Below, piece by piece: positions 1 through 8,503 of a DNA stretch of 64,000 nt. The DNA comes from Candidatus Woesebacteria bacterium GW2011_GWB1_39_12 (lineage in GTDB: Bacteria; Patescibacteriota; Microgenomatia; UBA8517): NCBI GenBank assembly GCA_000993405.1, contig LBWB01000008.1, forward strand, positions 26,325 through 90,324. The letters are read 5' to 3'. Under the pieces are notes generated by a model, which saw only the letters and a program-made list of their open reading frames with translations, was not told the DNA's origin and ran no database searches. Within the stretch, counting starts at the first letter, position 1. Each line of letters begins with the position of its first letter. Both the position numbers and the translations under genes were made by a program.

Positions 1-2026
1 ATTCTAAGGCAATTGCGATTTGCGATAGCGGAAAACGCAAATGTTTTCTAAAAACTTCTTGGTGAACATGGTGGATCAAAAGCATTTTCGGAGTCCCCAC
101 AAATAGTGGCGTAAAAAAAGGAATACCATTTTCACAATCAATTACAATATCAAACTTACCTTTTAATTTAAAAATGTAATAAAGAACTGCCAGCGGGTAA
201 ACGGTATAAAATCCACCACGTCTTATGATCTTGACTCCGTCAACTGTCTCATTTCTTCTTGCCAGTCTATCCCATCCGCAAAAGATAGTTATCTTATGCC
301 CATCTGTCGTCCATCTTTTGGCTAACTCGTTAATATATACTTCGGCTCCTCCTGCCCAAACATGCTTGGTGTCACGCCAGTTAAATATCAATATTCTCAA
401 ATTTCCATTTTGGGTAGAATTATCTATCTTTATTTCTTCGAGAAGTCCCAATAAATCAGTTAGCGTCCTTGAAAAGATTAAAGATACTTTATTTACGAGC
501 TTAAGCGGAGCAGCAATAAATTTCCAGTCTATGTTAAATGAGTTTCTAACCCTTACTTTACTCAAATGGAAACCGTGCTCGGTCTTTTCCCAAAAATGAG
601 GTTTTACTAAAAGCTGATAAAAAGCCAGAATCCCAGCCGTACTTGCAAACATCCAATAAAAAGGAATAAAAAATATGTACTTAACCAGTTGCCACTCATG
701 TCTTTTGATGCAACCCATCATATAAATGTAAAAATATATAAAATTGCCGAAAACTAAACAGGAAACCGCCATGTAATAGATTGGGGTGGGGTATAAAGCC
801 TCAATTGCAGGACCAAGATAGGAGTTAAATAAAAAATAAGATAAAGTTGTTAGCCAAAGGATTGGATTGATGAGCAAAAAAATGGTTCTTATCCCTATTA
901 TCAAATGGAAAATCAAGGCGTGAATCCCGTGATTTCGAATAAAACCAATAGGATCTCTTGTATGAACTAAATAAGTTTGAATATAACCTTTTATCCAGCG
1001 GGAGCGCTGACGGATCCAGCCTTTTACTTTGCTGTTTGCCTCTTCATAAGTTGTTGAGTCAATTATTGCTGTTTTATATCCTTTTTTGAAAAGTCTGACG
1101 CCTAAATCACAATCTTCAGTGACATTGAATGGATCCCACCCATTTAATTTAGTTAATAAATTTGTTTTGAAATGATTACTTGTTCCCCCAAGAGGAATAA
1201 TCGTGCTTATAGATTGAAGACCCGGCAAGATTATGTCAAACCATAAAGAATATTCAGCTGTAAAAAGACGAGTTAAAAAATTTTGGTTGGGATTGTAATA
1301 ATTTAGTTTAGACTGCAAGCAAGCGACCTCGCCCGGTAGTTTTTGAAAAGCAAGATATGCTTTTTTCAATTGAAGTGGATCCGGTTTATCTTCCGCGTCA
1401 TAAACGACAATATATTCTCCCCTTGCCTGACCCAAACCAAAATTGCAGGCTTTAGGTTTTGTCTTGGGCAAAGAATCTGGAACAACGAGTGTTCTGAAAT
1501 AGGAAGGAAGATTAAGTTTATAGACACAATTTATTGTCTCTCTATCGTCCTCCTCTAATAAAAGTAATACGTCAAGCTTCCGATCTGGCCAATCGATATT
1601 AGCAATCGCCTCGACAAATTGCGGCAAGACTTTGGCTTCCTTATATAAGGGACAAAGAATTGAGTAGATAGGAAGATTTTCCTCATCAATTTTTGAAAGA
1701 GATCTTTTATCAAATTTTACCTCCGGTGGATGCTCTAAACTTTTAATAAGTATATATATGCTGAAAAGAAGGTCTTGAGAGTAAATGAGGGTTAAAATCG
1801 CAATAATAATGATTAAAGTTAGCTTCAAATTGATAACAATCCCGACAAAAATCACAAAGATGACGATTGCAAGCAGAACTTTCTGCCAAGCGATAAGTGT
1901 CTGAAAAGCCGACTCCGAAAAAGGGAGATGCGTATGAGTATTGTATTTTTTTCCATTATGAATAAACCCCGAGTGGACGGGCGAATTAGTAACAAGATCA
2001 GAAGCAAATACTTGATTGCCTTTCAT
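1..2026 (-). CDS. Fused GT2 (membrane, cellulose-synthase-like) + GT4 glycosyltransferase, 3' end runs off window
   Basis: Not in ORF track. Hand translation from ATG 2026 (AAGGAG SD upstream) gives TM helices, YSILCPLYKE, VVYDAED, WDPFNVTEDCDLG, QRSRWIKGY, HFWEKTEHG, then in frame with no stop RILIFNWRD..AGGAEVY (GT4 N-terminus). Confidence 0.85.
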   Translation of the reverse strand, partial: MKGNQVFASDLVTNSPVHSGFIHNGKKYNTHTHLPFSESAFQTLIAWQKVLLAIVIFVIFVGIVINLKLTLIIIIAILTLIYSQDLLFSIYILIKSLEHPPEVKFDKRSLSKIDEENLPIYSILCPLYKEAKVLPQFVEAIANIDWPDRKLDVLLLLEEDDRETINCVYKLNLPSYFRTLVVPDSLPKTKPKACNFGLGQARGEYIVVYDAEDKPDPLQLKKAYLAFQKLPGEVACLQSKLNYYNPNQNFLTRLFTAEYSLWFDIILPGLQSISTIIPLGGTSNHFKTNLLTKLNGWDPFNVTEDCDLGVRLFKKGYKTAIIDSTTYEEANSKVKGWIRQRSRWIKGYIQTYLVHTRDPIGFIRNHGIHALIFHLIIGIRTIFLLINPILWLTTLSYFLFNSYLGPAIEALYPTPIYYMAVSCLVFGNFIYFYIYMMGCIKRHEWQLVKYIFFIPFYWMFASTAGILAFYQLLVKPHFWEKTEHGFHLSKVRVRNSFNIDWKFIAAPLKLVNKVSLIFSRTLTDLLGLLEEIKIDNSTQNGNLRILIFNWRDTKHVWAGGAEVYINELAKRWTTDGHKITIFCGWDRLARRNETVDGVKIIRRGGFYTVYPLAVLYYIFKLKGKFDIVIDCENGIPFFTPLFVGTPKMLLIHHVHQEVFRKHLRFPLSQIAIALE

Positions 2027-2222
2027 GAATTATTTAAAACTCCTTACCAACCAAAAATCCAGCCTTGATAGTCAGCTGGACAGAAAACCGTTTAAGTTGA
2101 AGTATTATACTATAAGATGCTGGCGGAGATAAAGATCTCCTTCGCAACCTTGAATCCACAAATTGCTTTGCAATTTACGGTTTTAAGATTGATTGGGGCA
2201 ACAAACTAAGGTTTCTCAAAAA

Positions 2223-3140
2223 CTACTTTCCTAATCCTTGAACAATCAGTTTATCAATAATCTCCCTCCAAGAACTAAATTTAATTCCTAATTTATTTTC
2301 TGTTTCATCAACTTTTAAACCACCAAATTTAGGATAACGGTATATAGAACTTCCAGTCTTATTTAAATGTTCTTCTAAAGAGGCTGTCTTTACAACGTCC
2401 TTCACTCCACGAACCTTCTCGACTAGATAAGAAATAAGCTCATAGGGCGTAGTTGTATCCGACGAACTGGCATGAAATATTCCCTTATGTCCTTCAATTA
2501 TGATTTTATCTAAAGCTCTGCAAGCCTCGTCAATAAAAGTGACGGAAATTTGCTGATCGGAAAACACCGGATAAAGTTTTCCCTCATCATATAGTTTGAG
2601 AGGCTTTCTCAGATAATCTAATTTCGGTTCGAAGTTACTTCTGACCGGATAAATCAATCTTAAAATCGTTCCCGAATTACCCAAAACTTCACTTACAATT
2701 CTTTCCGCCTCTGACTTTGTAAAGCCGTACCAAGTGAGCTTAGAAGAATCGGCTTCAGGAGGATGAGATTCTTCATATGCTCCTGGATCCTCTGAACTCC
2801 CAGAAAAAACCATGTCTGTTGAAACCTGAACAAAATGAATGCGCTCTTTGTGGGGTTTTATTGCTTCTGCAAAATTCCTTACTCCTTCGACATTAACCTG
2901 CCAACAATCTCCCTTTTTGTTATCTTTCTCATTCTCAGCCTTCCCAACATCTGTAAAAGCGGCAAAATTAACAACGGCACTGAAATTGTAACTTTCTATT
3001 ACTGCCTTTATTTCCGATTTATCCGTAATATCGAGTTCAATCTCTTTCGGCAGATGCAAAAAGTTTTTCCTCTGTGATATCTCGACAAACCGAGATCCCA
3101 CCAATCCTTCCGAACCCGTAACTAAAATTAAATTCTTCAT
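2223..3140 (-). CDS. rmlD: dTDP-4-dehydrorhamnose reductase (RmlD-like SDR)
   Basis: LVTGSEGLVG Rossmann motif, NFAAFTDV, VSTDMVF, YGFTK, DQQISVT; adjacent to rmlA. Confidence 0.85.
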   Translation of the reverse strand: MKNLILVTGSEGLVGSRFVEISQRKNFLHLPKEIELDITDKSEIKAVIESYNFSAVVNFAAFTDVGKAENEKDNKKGDCWQVNVEGVRNFAEAIKPHKERIHFVQVSTDMVFSGSSEDPGAYEESHPPEADSSKLTWYGFTKSEAERIVSEVLGNSGTILRLIYPVRSNFEPKLDYLRKPLKLYDEGKLYPVFSDQQISVTFIDEACRALDKIIIEGHKGIFHASSSDTTTPYELISYLVEKVRGVKDVVKTASLEEHLNKTGSSIYRYPKFGGLKVDETENKLGIKFSSWREIIDKLIVQGLGK

Positions 3141-3165
3141 TATAAATTTTAATTTCTAATCTAAT

Positions 3166-3900
3166 CTATTCCCTCTCATTTCTTAATCCTACATTCTTTT
3201 CTGCCCAATATCTATAAACCTCAGAAAGAGTTTCAATTGTTCCAGCGTCTTTCCAAAATCCTTGCAACTCACTCCAGCTAAGTTTACCATCTCTCAAATA
3301 AAGAGTATTTAAATCTGTCACTTCAAGCTCGCCTCTATCTGATCTTATAAGACTTCTTATCTTATCAAAGACTGTCGAATCATAAATATATAATCCTGTT
3401 ACTGCGAATCTTGATCGGGGACTTTGAGGTTTCTCCTCTATTTCAACTATTTCTCCTTCTGAGTTAAAAGCAGCCACACCAAAGCGTTCTGGATCGGGTA
3501 CTTCCTTTACAAAAATATGCGCACCATCTCTAAAATTATTAACCTCTTTACTAATATCCGCATCCGTACAATTATCCCCTAAGATCGTACAGATTGGTTT
3601 ACCATCGGCAAAATCTTCGGCGAGTTTTAAAGCTTCCGCAATACCGCCTTCGTCCTCCTGATAAGCATACTCTAAGTGTTTTATTCCCAATTCTTTACCG
3701 TTTCTTAAAACTCTAATAAAATCTCCTGCGTGAGGCCCACCCGTAACGACCAAAATATCCTTAATACCCGCATTTACTAATGTATCTATAGGGTAATAAA
3801 TCATTGGTTTGTCGTACACTGGAAGTAAGTGTTTGTTTGTTGCGAATGTTAGTGGGTAGAGTCGAGTTCCAAGCCCTCCTGCGAGTACTACACCTTTCAT
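3166..3900 (-). CDS. rmlA: Glucose-1-phosphate thymidylyltransferase (short RmlA/SpsI type)
   Basis: GVVLAGGLGTRLYPLT, KHLLPVYDKPMIYY, EEKP, RGELEVTD, WKDAGT. Confidence 0.9.
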   Translation of the reverse strand: MKGVVLAGGLGTRLYPLTFATNKHLLPVYDKPMIYYPIDTLVNAGIKDILVVTGGPHAGDFIRVLRNGKELGIKHLEYAYQEDEGGIAEALKLAEDFADGKPICTILGDNCTDADISKEVNNFRDGAHIFVKEVPDPERFGVAAFNSEGEIVEIEEKPQSPRSRFAVTGLYIYDSTVFDKIRSLIRSDRGELEVTDLNTLYLRDGKLSWSELQGFWKDAGTIETLSEVYRYWAEKNVGLRNERE

Positions 3901-4000
3901 AATGTAAACAGATAATACAAAATCTCCAAACTATAGTCAAAACTTATTTTTTATATCGGTCTAGGAGACGCCGATTGTAACATTATTCTCCAAAAATTTT

Positions 4001-4032
4001 ATTTGGCATTTGGAATTTGAAATTTGGAAATT
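4001..4032. repeat. Degenerate heptamer tandem array (ATTTGGA)n
   Basis: atttggc atttgga atttgaa atttgga aatt. Confidence 0.7.
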
Positions 4033-4051
4033 CCAACTTTGAAGAAGTTGG

Positions 4052-4558
4052 TTATGTATGTTTATCTGCTACACTTGAAGCGCCCCAGCTATCGGGTTTA
4101 GTTTTGGCCACAAAGCCATTACCATTTACCATACCAACGACCTCGCGAATCATTTCTCTTGTCGGACCCAAAGGTCCCACGTCGATATGGATTTCCAAGT
4201 CATATTTTGCGGGAGAAACAACTTTCCGAATTTTAGGCACAATTTCCTGGGCTGTTTGTAAACTCATTAAGGTTTCGGTATAAATTTTATCGCGCAAAAC
4301 CGGTGGGCGACCATTTCTCTTTTCTTTTTTCCAGAAATACCTCGCACCACGACCTATCCTGTGAACAATAATTGCAGTCACAAAGTCGACTTCACTTTCA
4401 CCATTGATTTTTCTAGTCTGACTATCCGTCCCAATGACCAACCTATAAAACTTAGTAGGTTCTTCGTCCACAAAAGAGGCAACCTCAGATACTATATCCG
4501 AGATTTCCATAATACCCTTACTTGGACTATGAAACTTACCGTTTTTGCTATTTTCCAT
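4052..4558 (-). CDS. RNase H-like YkuK (DUF458) family protein
   Basis: LVIGTDSQ, FVTAIIVHR.GRG, LEIHIDVG, KPDSWGASSVAD. Start moved to ATG 4558 because the longer ORF overlaps galU. Confidence 0.85.
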   Translation of the reverse strand: MENSKNGKFHSPSKGIMEISDIVSEVASFVDEEPTKFYRLVIGTDSQTRKINGESEVDFVTAIIVHRIGRGARYFWKKEKRNGRPPVLRDKIYTETLMSLQTAQEIVPKIRKVVSPAKYDLEIHIDVGPLGPTREMIREVVGMVNGNGFVAKTKPDSWGASSVADKHT

Positions 4559-4627
4559 GGCCAAATTATACCTCTTTTTGACTTTTTTTGGTATCTGGAT
4601 CAGCTTAATGATATAATTTTCCTGCCC

Positions 4628-5512
4628 ATGAAAAAAAACTTCCCCAAAATTAAAAAAGCGATAATCGCTGTCGCAGGCTATGGTACCAGATTCCTCCCAG
4701 CAAGCAAAAATGTCCCCAAGCAGATGTTTCCCATCATCGATAAACCTATAATTCATCATGTCGTGGACGAGTGCGTTGCTTCTGGCATCGAAGACATAAT
4801 TATAGTAACCCAAGCAGGCCAAGCAGTTATGGAGGATCATTTCGACACCCATGTGGAATTAGAGCATATCTTAGATAAAAACGGCAAAGAAGAACTTCTT
4901 AAAACTGTCAAAGAAATTCCTCAGCTAGCTAATTTTGTATATGTTAGACAAAAGAAAAATTATCCGTATGGGAATGGAACACCACTTTTATGTGCAGCTC
5001 CCTTAATTGATGATAATGAAGCCTTTGCTTATCTTTTTGGAGATGATCTTGTTATGTCAAAAAAGCCTTGTCTAAGGCAGCTTATTGAGGTTTATGAAAA
5101 AGAGGAATGTGATGGAGTAATAGCAACTCAAGAAATTTCTCCAGATGTAGTGAATAAGTATGGAATTGTAAAATTTAACCCAGAAAATAATGAGTTTGAA
5201 GGTATAGTTGAAAAACCTGAAATTGGAAAAGCTCCTTCAAACCTAGCAGAATTCGGAAGATTTATTCTCAACTACAAAACAATTAAAGAATTGAAAAAAT
5301 TAGATACCGGAAAGGGAGGAGAATTGTGGCTAACGGATACTATTACCAAAGCTAAAAAAAATGGTGCCAGGTTTCTAATTCACAAGATAGAAGGAGAGTG
5401 GATGACGACGGGCGACCCTTTAACTTACATGCAAACACAGGTTAAGTTTGCACTTGAGAGACCCGATATTGGTGAAGAATTCAAAAAGTTTTTAAAAACC
5501 CTCAAGCTCTAA
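4628..5512 (+). CDS. galU: UTP-glucose-1-phosphate uridylyltransferase
   Basis: KAIIAVAGYGTRFLPASKNVPKQMFPIIDKP, VEKP, GELWLTD; start at ATG 4628. Confidence 0.92.
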   Translation: MKKNFPKIKKAIIAVAGYGTRFLPASKNVPKQMFPIIDKPIIHHVVDECVASGIEDIIIVTQAGQAVMEDHFDTHVELEHILDKNGKEELLKTVKEIPQLANFVYVRQKKNYPYGNGTPLLCAAPLIDDNEAFAYLFGDDLVMSKKPCLRQLIEVYEKEECDGVIATQEISPDVVNKYGIVKFNPENNEFEGIVEKPEIGKAPSNLAEFGRFILNYKTIKELKKLDTGKGGELWLTDTITKAKKNGARFLIHKIEGEWMTTGDPLTYMQTQVKFALERPDIGEEFKKFLKTLKL

Positions 5513-5762
5513 AAAGTAAGCTGAAGATAATTACAATTCCTAAAATTGCAATTGCAAAGTATTCAACAACCACGCTTAGGTGTAAATCCTTGTGAATATG
5601 GTGATGTATCAAACCCCAAACAATGTAACCTAGACTAGCCGCAACAATCACCGCAAACTGGAACACCCGATCCCATGAGAAAACCGCAAAACCGATAGTA
5701 GCCGCAACAAGTATACCTATAAGGGGAAGGTAATGTCGTAAGTGATGTGTAATGTCTCTCAT
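5502..5762 (-). CDS. Small 3-TM membrane protein
   Basis: Three hydrophobic segments and a His-rich loop (HHHIHKDLH); abuts the CAP gene. Confidence 0.75.
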   Translation of the reverse strand: MRDITHHLRHYLPLIGILVAATIGFAVFSWDRVFQFAVIVAASLGYIVWGLIHHHIHKDLHLSVVVEYFAIAILGIVIIFSLLFRA

Positions 5763-6722
5763 TTAAAGTATTTCCCCCACTTTAGCAATTAAAAGTATTG
5801 CCAAAATCATTCCTAAAAATGCAATGTGTGCAAATGTTCTTCCTCCAATTCTTGTAATATTTCTTCTTGTAACTATTATTCCATCAATGACTAATACAAC
5901 AAGGAGTAAAACCGTAGTCGCCACAGCAACCCCCCTAGTTGATTCAAATGGAGAAATTAAAGTTTGAAATCTACCCGCTCTTTCCTGAACTGGCTCTTCC
6001 AATATTATTATCTTTTCACTGCCTTGAGTAGGAGTGATAACTCCAGCAAAAAACTGCGGGGTTGGAGTGAGCGTGGCTAGTGCCAAAGGAGTCGGCGTAA
6101 TCTCAATCTGGGGTTTTGCGGCAACTACAGGAACTTGAGAAGTTGTATCGCTAAATTGAGTTCCGAAAAGTGAAACTATTAGTGTAGTATCCACTCCTCC
6201 CAAATCCCCTTCAACAACAGCGACTCCAATTTCTTTATATTTACCCGAAAGCAAATTTTCCCTGTGAGAAGGAGAGGCCATCCAAGCCTCCATTGCCGAA
6301 TTTGGATTAGAAAAGTCTCGAGCTAAATTCTCTCCTGCATATCGATATTTATAACCGACGTCCGTAAAAAATTTCCAGGGTTCGGTTCCATCAGGAGCTG
6401 TGTGTGCCCAATAATCCTGGGAAAGCATGTGTTCTCCTTTAAGCCTTGCTGCTTCAGTCAAAAGTGCACTCGTGGATAGAGCTGTTACGCCATTTTCTGC
6501 TCTTCTCTGATTTGTCAGATTGATTATCTCAGTCGGGGGGATATTTGCAGCATATCCCAAAATTTTGACACCTGATAAAGGAAGAGCCCGCAAAATTATC
6601 TGATAGACAACCAAAAAAAGCGCTAACAGCAATAAGGAAGACGAATGAAGCAATTTTGCTTTGTGATTATTACTGTGTCTGGGAAAAAGAAAATGGGATA
6701 ATGTTATCGCGGCAGTATTCAT
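5763..6722 (-). CDS. CAP/SCP-domain membrane protein
   Basis: LTNQRRAENG, YWAH, AGENLA, WMASPSHRENLL, EIGVAV; N- and C-terminal TM segments, P/T linker. Confidence 0.9.
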   Translation of the reverse strand: MNTAAITLSHFLFPRHSNNHKAKLLHSSSLLLLALFLVVYQIILRALPLSGVKILGYAANIPPTEIINLTNQRRAENGVTALSTSALLTEAARLKGEHMLSQDYWAHTAPDGTEPWKFFTDVGYKYRYAGENLARDFSNPNSAMEAWMASPSHRENLLSGKYKEIGVAVVEGDLGGVDTTLIVSLFGTQFSDTTSQVPVVAAKPQIEITPTPLALATLTPTPQFFAGVITPTQGSEKIIILEEPVQERAGRFQTLISPFESTRGVAVATTVLLLVVLVIDGIIVTRRNITRIGGRTFAHIAFLGMILAILLIAKVGEIL

Positions 6723-6766
6723 TTCATTTAATCTTAAACTTTAGAAAGCATTCTTTCAAGAGAATT

Positions 6767-7321
6767 CTAAACTCTTTTTGCAATGACTATCAGCCTTTTT
6801 GAGTCAGCGAACCCGCTACATGTATAAAGAGTTAAAGTTTCGTCTGCCGTTTCACCTATAACCTCTATCTGATTGGGATAAACCTCTTTTATATCACGAA
6901 CTTCATATCCGAACCAGCCGTTTTTGGTAAGAACATATAATTTTGTACCTTCTTTAATGGATTGAAGTGGTAAAAACAGTCCCTCCCGAGCGTGTGCAAA
7001 TATCACTTGATTCCCGACTTGTCCCGGTATCCCAGATCCCATTCCCCATCCTGCCTTATCTTCAAAAACCTCCCAATATCCATTGACTATATTTGCTTTT
7101 TTTACTTCTAAATCTAAACTCAATTGTGGAATCATAATTCTTTCAGGAATTTTGGCATCATCAACCTCCTCACTTGAAAGTTTCTCGACTTTTACAGGTT
7201 CGCTCTCAAAACTGACACTTTGAGAAACAGGAGTTGTTTTTCGCCCTATGAAAAGTAAGATGCCCAAAAATAAAAGCGAAATACCCAGTGTAATCCTAGG
7301 TACAGAAGTTTTGTTCTTCAT
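6767..7321 (-). CDS. Sortase
   Basis: N-terminal TM anchor; His-Cys-Arg triad in VIFAHAR, LTLYTC, SKRLIV. Confidence 0.9.
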   Translation of the reverse strand: MKNKTSVPRITLGISLLFLGILLFIGRKTTPVSQSVSFESEPVKVEKLSSEEVDDAKIPERIMIPQLSLDLEVKKANIVNGYWEVFEDKAGWGMGSGIPGQVGNQVIFAHAREGLFLPLQSIKEGTKLYVLTKNGWFGYEVRDIKEVYPNQIEVIGETADETLTLYTCSGFADSKRLIVIAKRV

Positions 7322-7328
7322 AAGAAAC

Positions 7329-8492
7329 TTATTTTACTCTTTTTTTTAACGAAGCAAAGTTTTTTTGAGGAAATAATTCATCAACAACTATCTTACCTCC
7401 TAAGGAAATCATTGCAAGGGCAAGGAAGAAAAATAGAGCCTGAGCGCCTTCGCTTGAAGTATCGGATAGACCGATAATTCCAGGACCTCCTGCCTCTGTT
7501 GCAGCCGCGCTGGGAAGAATAGACCCTGGTGGAGAAGTATTATTATCCTTCTCCTTGTCTTTCTCCACCGAAGGGGGTAACCCTCCACGATCAGGTTCAT
7601 CATCTTTATCACCTGGATCGAAAATATCCTCACAACAATCTACTTCAACATTACCTAAATTAATAAAATTATTAATAAATACTTCTAAGTCAATGTCCCC
7701 AGTCTTTATTGTCACATTCCCGCCAGAATTCCCATCAGCTTGATTTCCTCCCGAATTCAAATCCCATAAAAGGTAATTTTCTATATCGGCGGCAAATTGT
7801 GTGTAAACTTCAGTATCGTTGAAAAAACTGACACTTATATCGTTATTAGAATCCGTTCCGTTCTCAGAAATTTTTGCAATTAAACCCGGATTTCCCGACT
7901 TTACACTTACGGAACTTGTGTTAACGGGTGCATTTATTATCTTTGCACTTACAGTGATATTACCCGTTGTAATAGTCACATTACCCCCCGAATTGTCGTT
8001 CGCGGAATTTGAACCGGTTGATGCCGTACCACTAATGTAATTGGTTATGGTCGCAGTTTGATTTGACGTAATAGTCGTCTGACTTGAAGAAGTAATGTTT
8101 ATAGCGTTTGTTGAATCGCTCCCGTTTCCCGATATTGTCACCTCGGAAGGTGTCGGACAACAACCTATGTTTACAGTCGAAGTGTTTCCACTATTTTCTA
8201 CCACTACCTGACTCGCTGCATCTCCTGTTGTAATCGAAGCATCTCCATTTGTATTTTCGGAAACTGAATTACCGCCAGTATTTGTATTTGTATCAACGCT
8301 ATTAGAAGTCTCGCTGGCATTAGATTGTGTTACAGTTGTTTGACTCTCTTGTGTAATATTTACTTCACTTGAAGAACCGGATCCATTATCGGTAATCACA
8401 AACTCCTCTGCTTTGACATAACCTACTCCCCTACCCAAGAGTAAGTTTAAAACTAAAACTATAGCAACAAACCTTCTAAATTTTACAAGCAT
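7329..8492 (-). CDS. Secreted repeat protein C (3 x ~88-aa N/G/T/S repeats) with sortase-type C-terminus
   Basis: Signal peptide ending VKA; repeats I..NG..S.N...TG.N...N.GG..I.TG; GCC/DCC pairs; LSDTS + TM helix + basic tail KKRVK. Confidence 0.85.
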   Translation of the reverse strand: MLVKFRRFVAIVLVLNLLLGRGVGYVKAEEFVITDNGSGSSSEVNITQESQTTVTQSNASETSNSVDTNTNTGGNSVSENTNGDASITTGDAASQVVVENSGNTSTVNIGCCPTPSEVTISGNGSDSTNAINITSSSQTTITSNQTATITNYISGTASTGSNSANDNSGGNVTITTGNITVSAKIINAPVNTSSVSVKSGNPGLIAKISENGTDSNNDISVSFFNDTEVYTQFAADIENYLLWDLNSGGNQADGNSGGNVTIKTGDIDLEVFINNFINLGNVEVDCCEDIFDPGDKDDEPDRGGLPPSVEKDKEKDNNTSPPGSILPSAAATEAGGPGIIGLSDTSSEGAQALFFFLALAMISLGGKIVVDELFPQKNFASLKKRVK

Positions 8493-8503
8493 TTGCCTAA
8501 AAT

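Noticed and set aside
4361-4852. Long antisense overlap of galU and ykuK ORFs
   Set aside because: An artefact of longest-ORF calling; the real starts at 4628 (+) and 4558 (-) are divergent and do not overlap.
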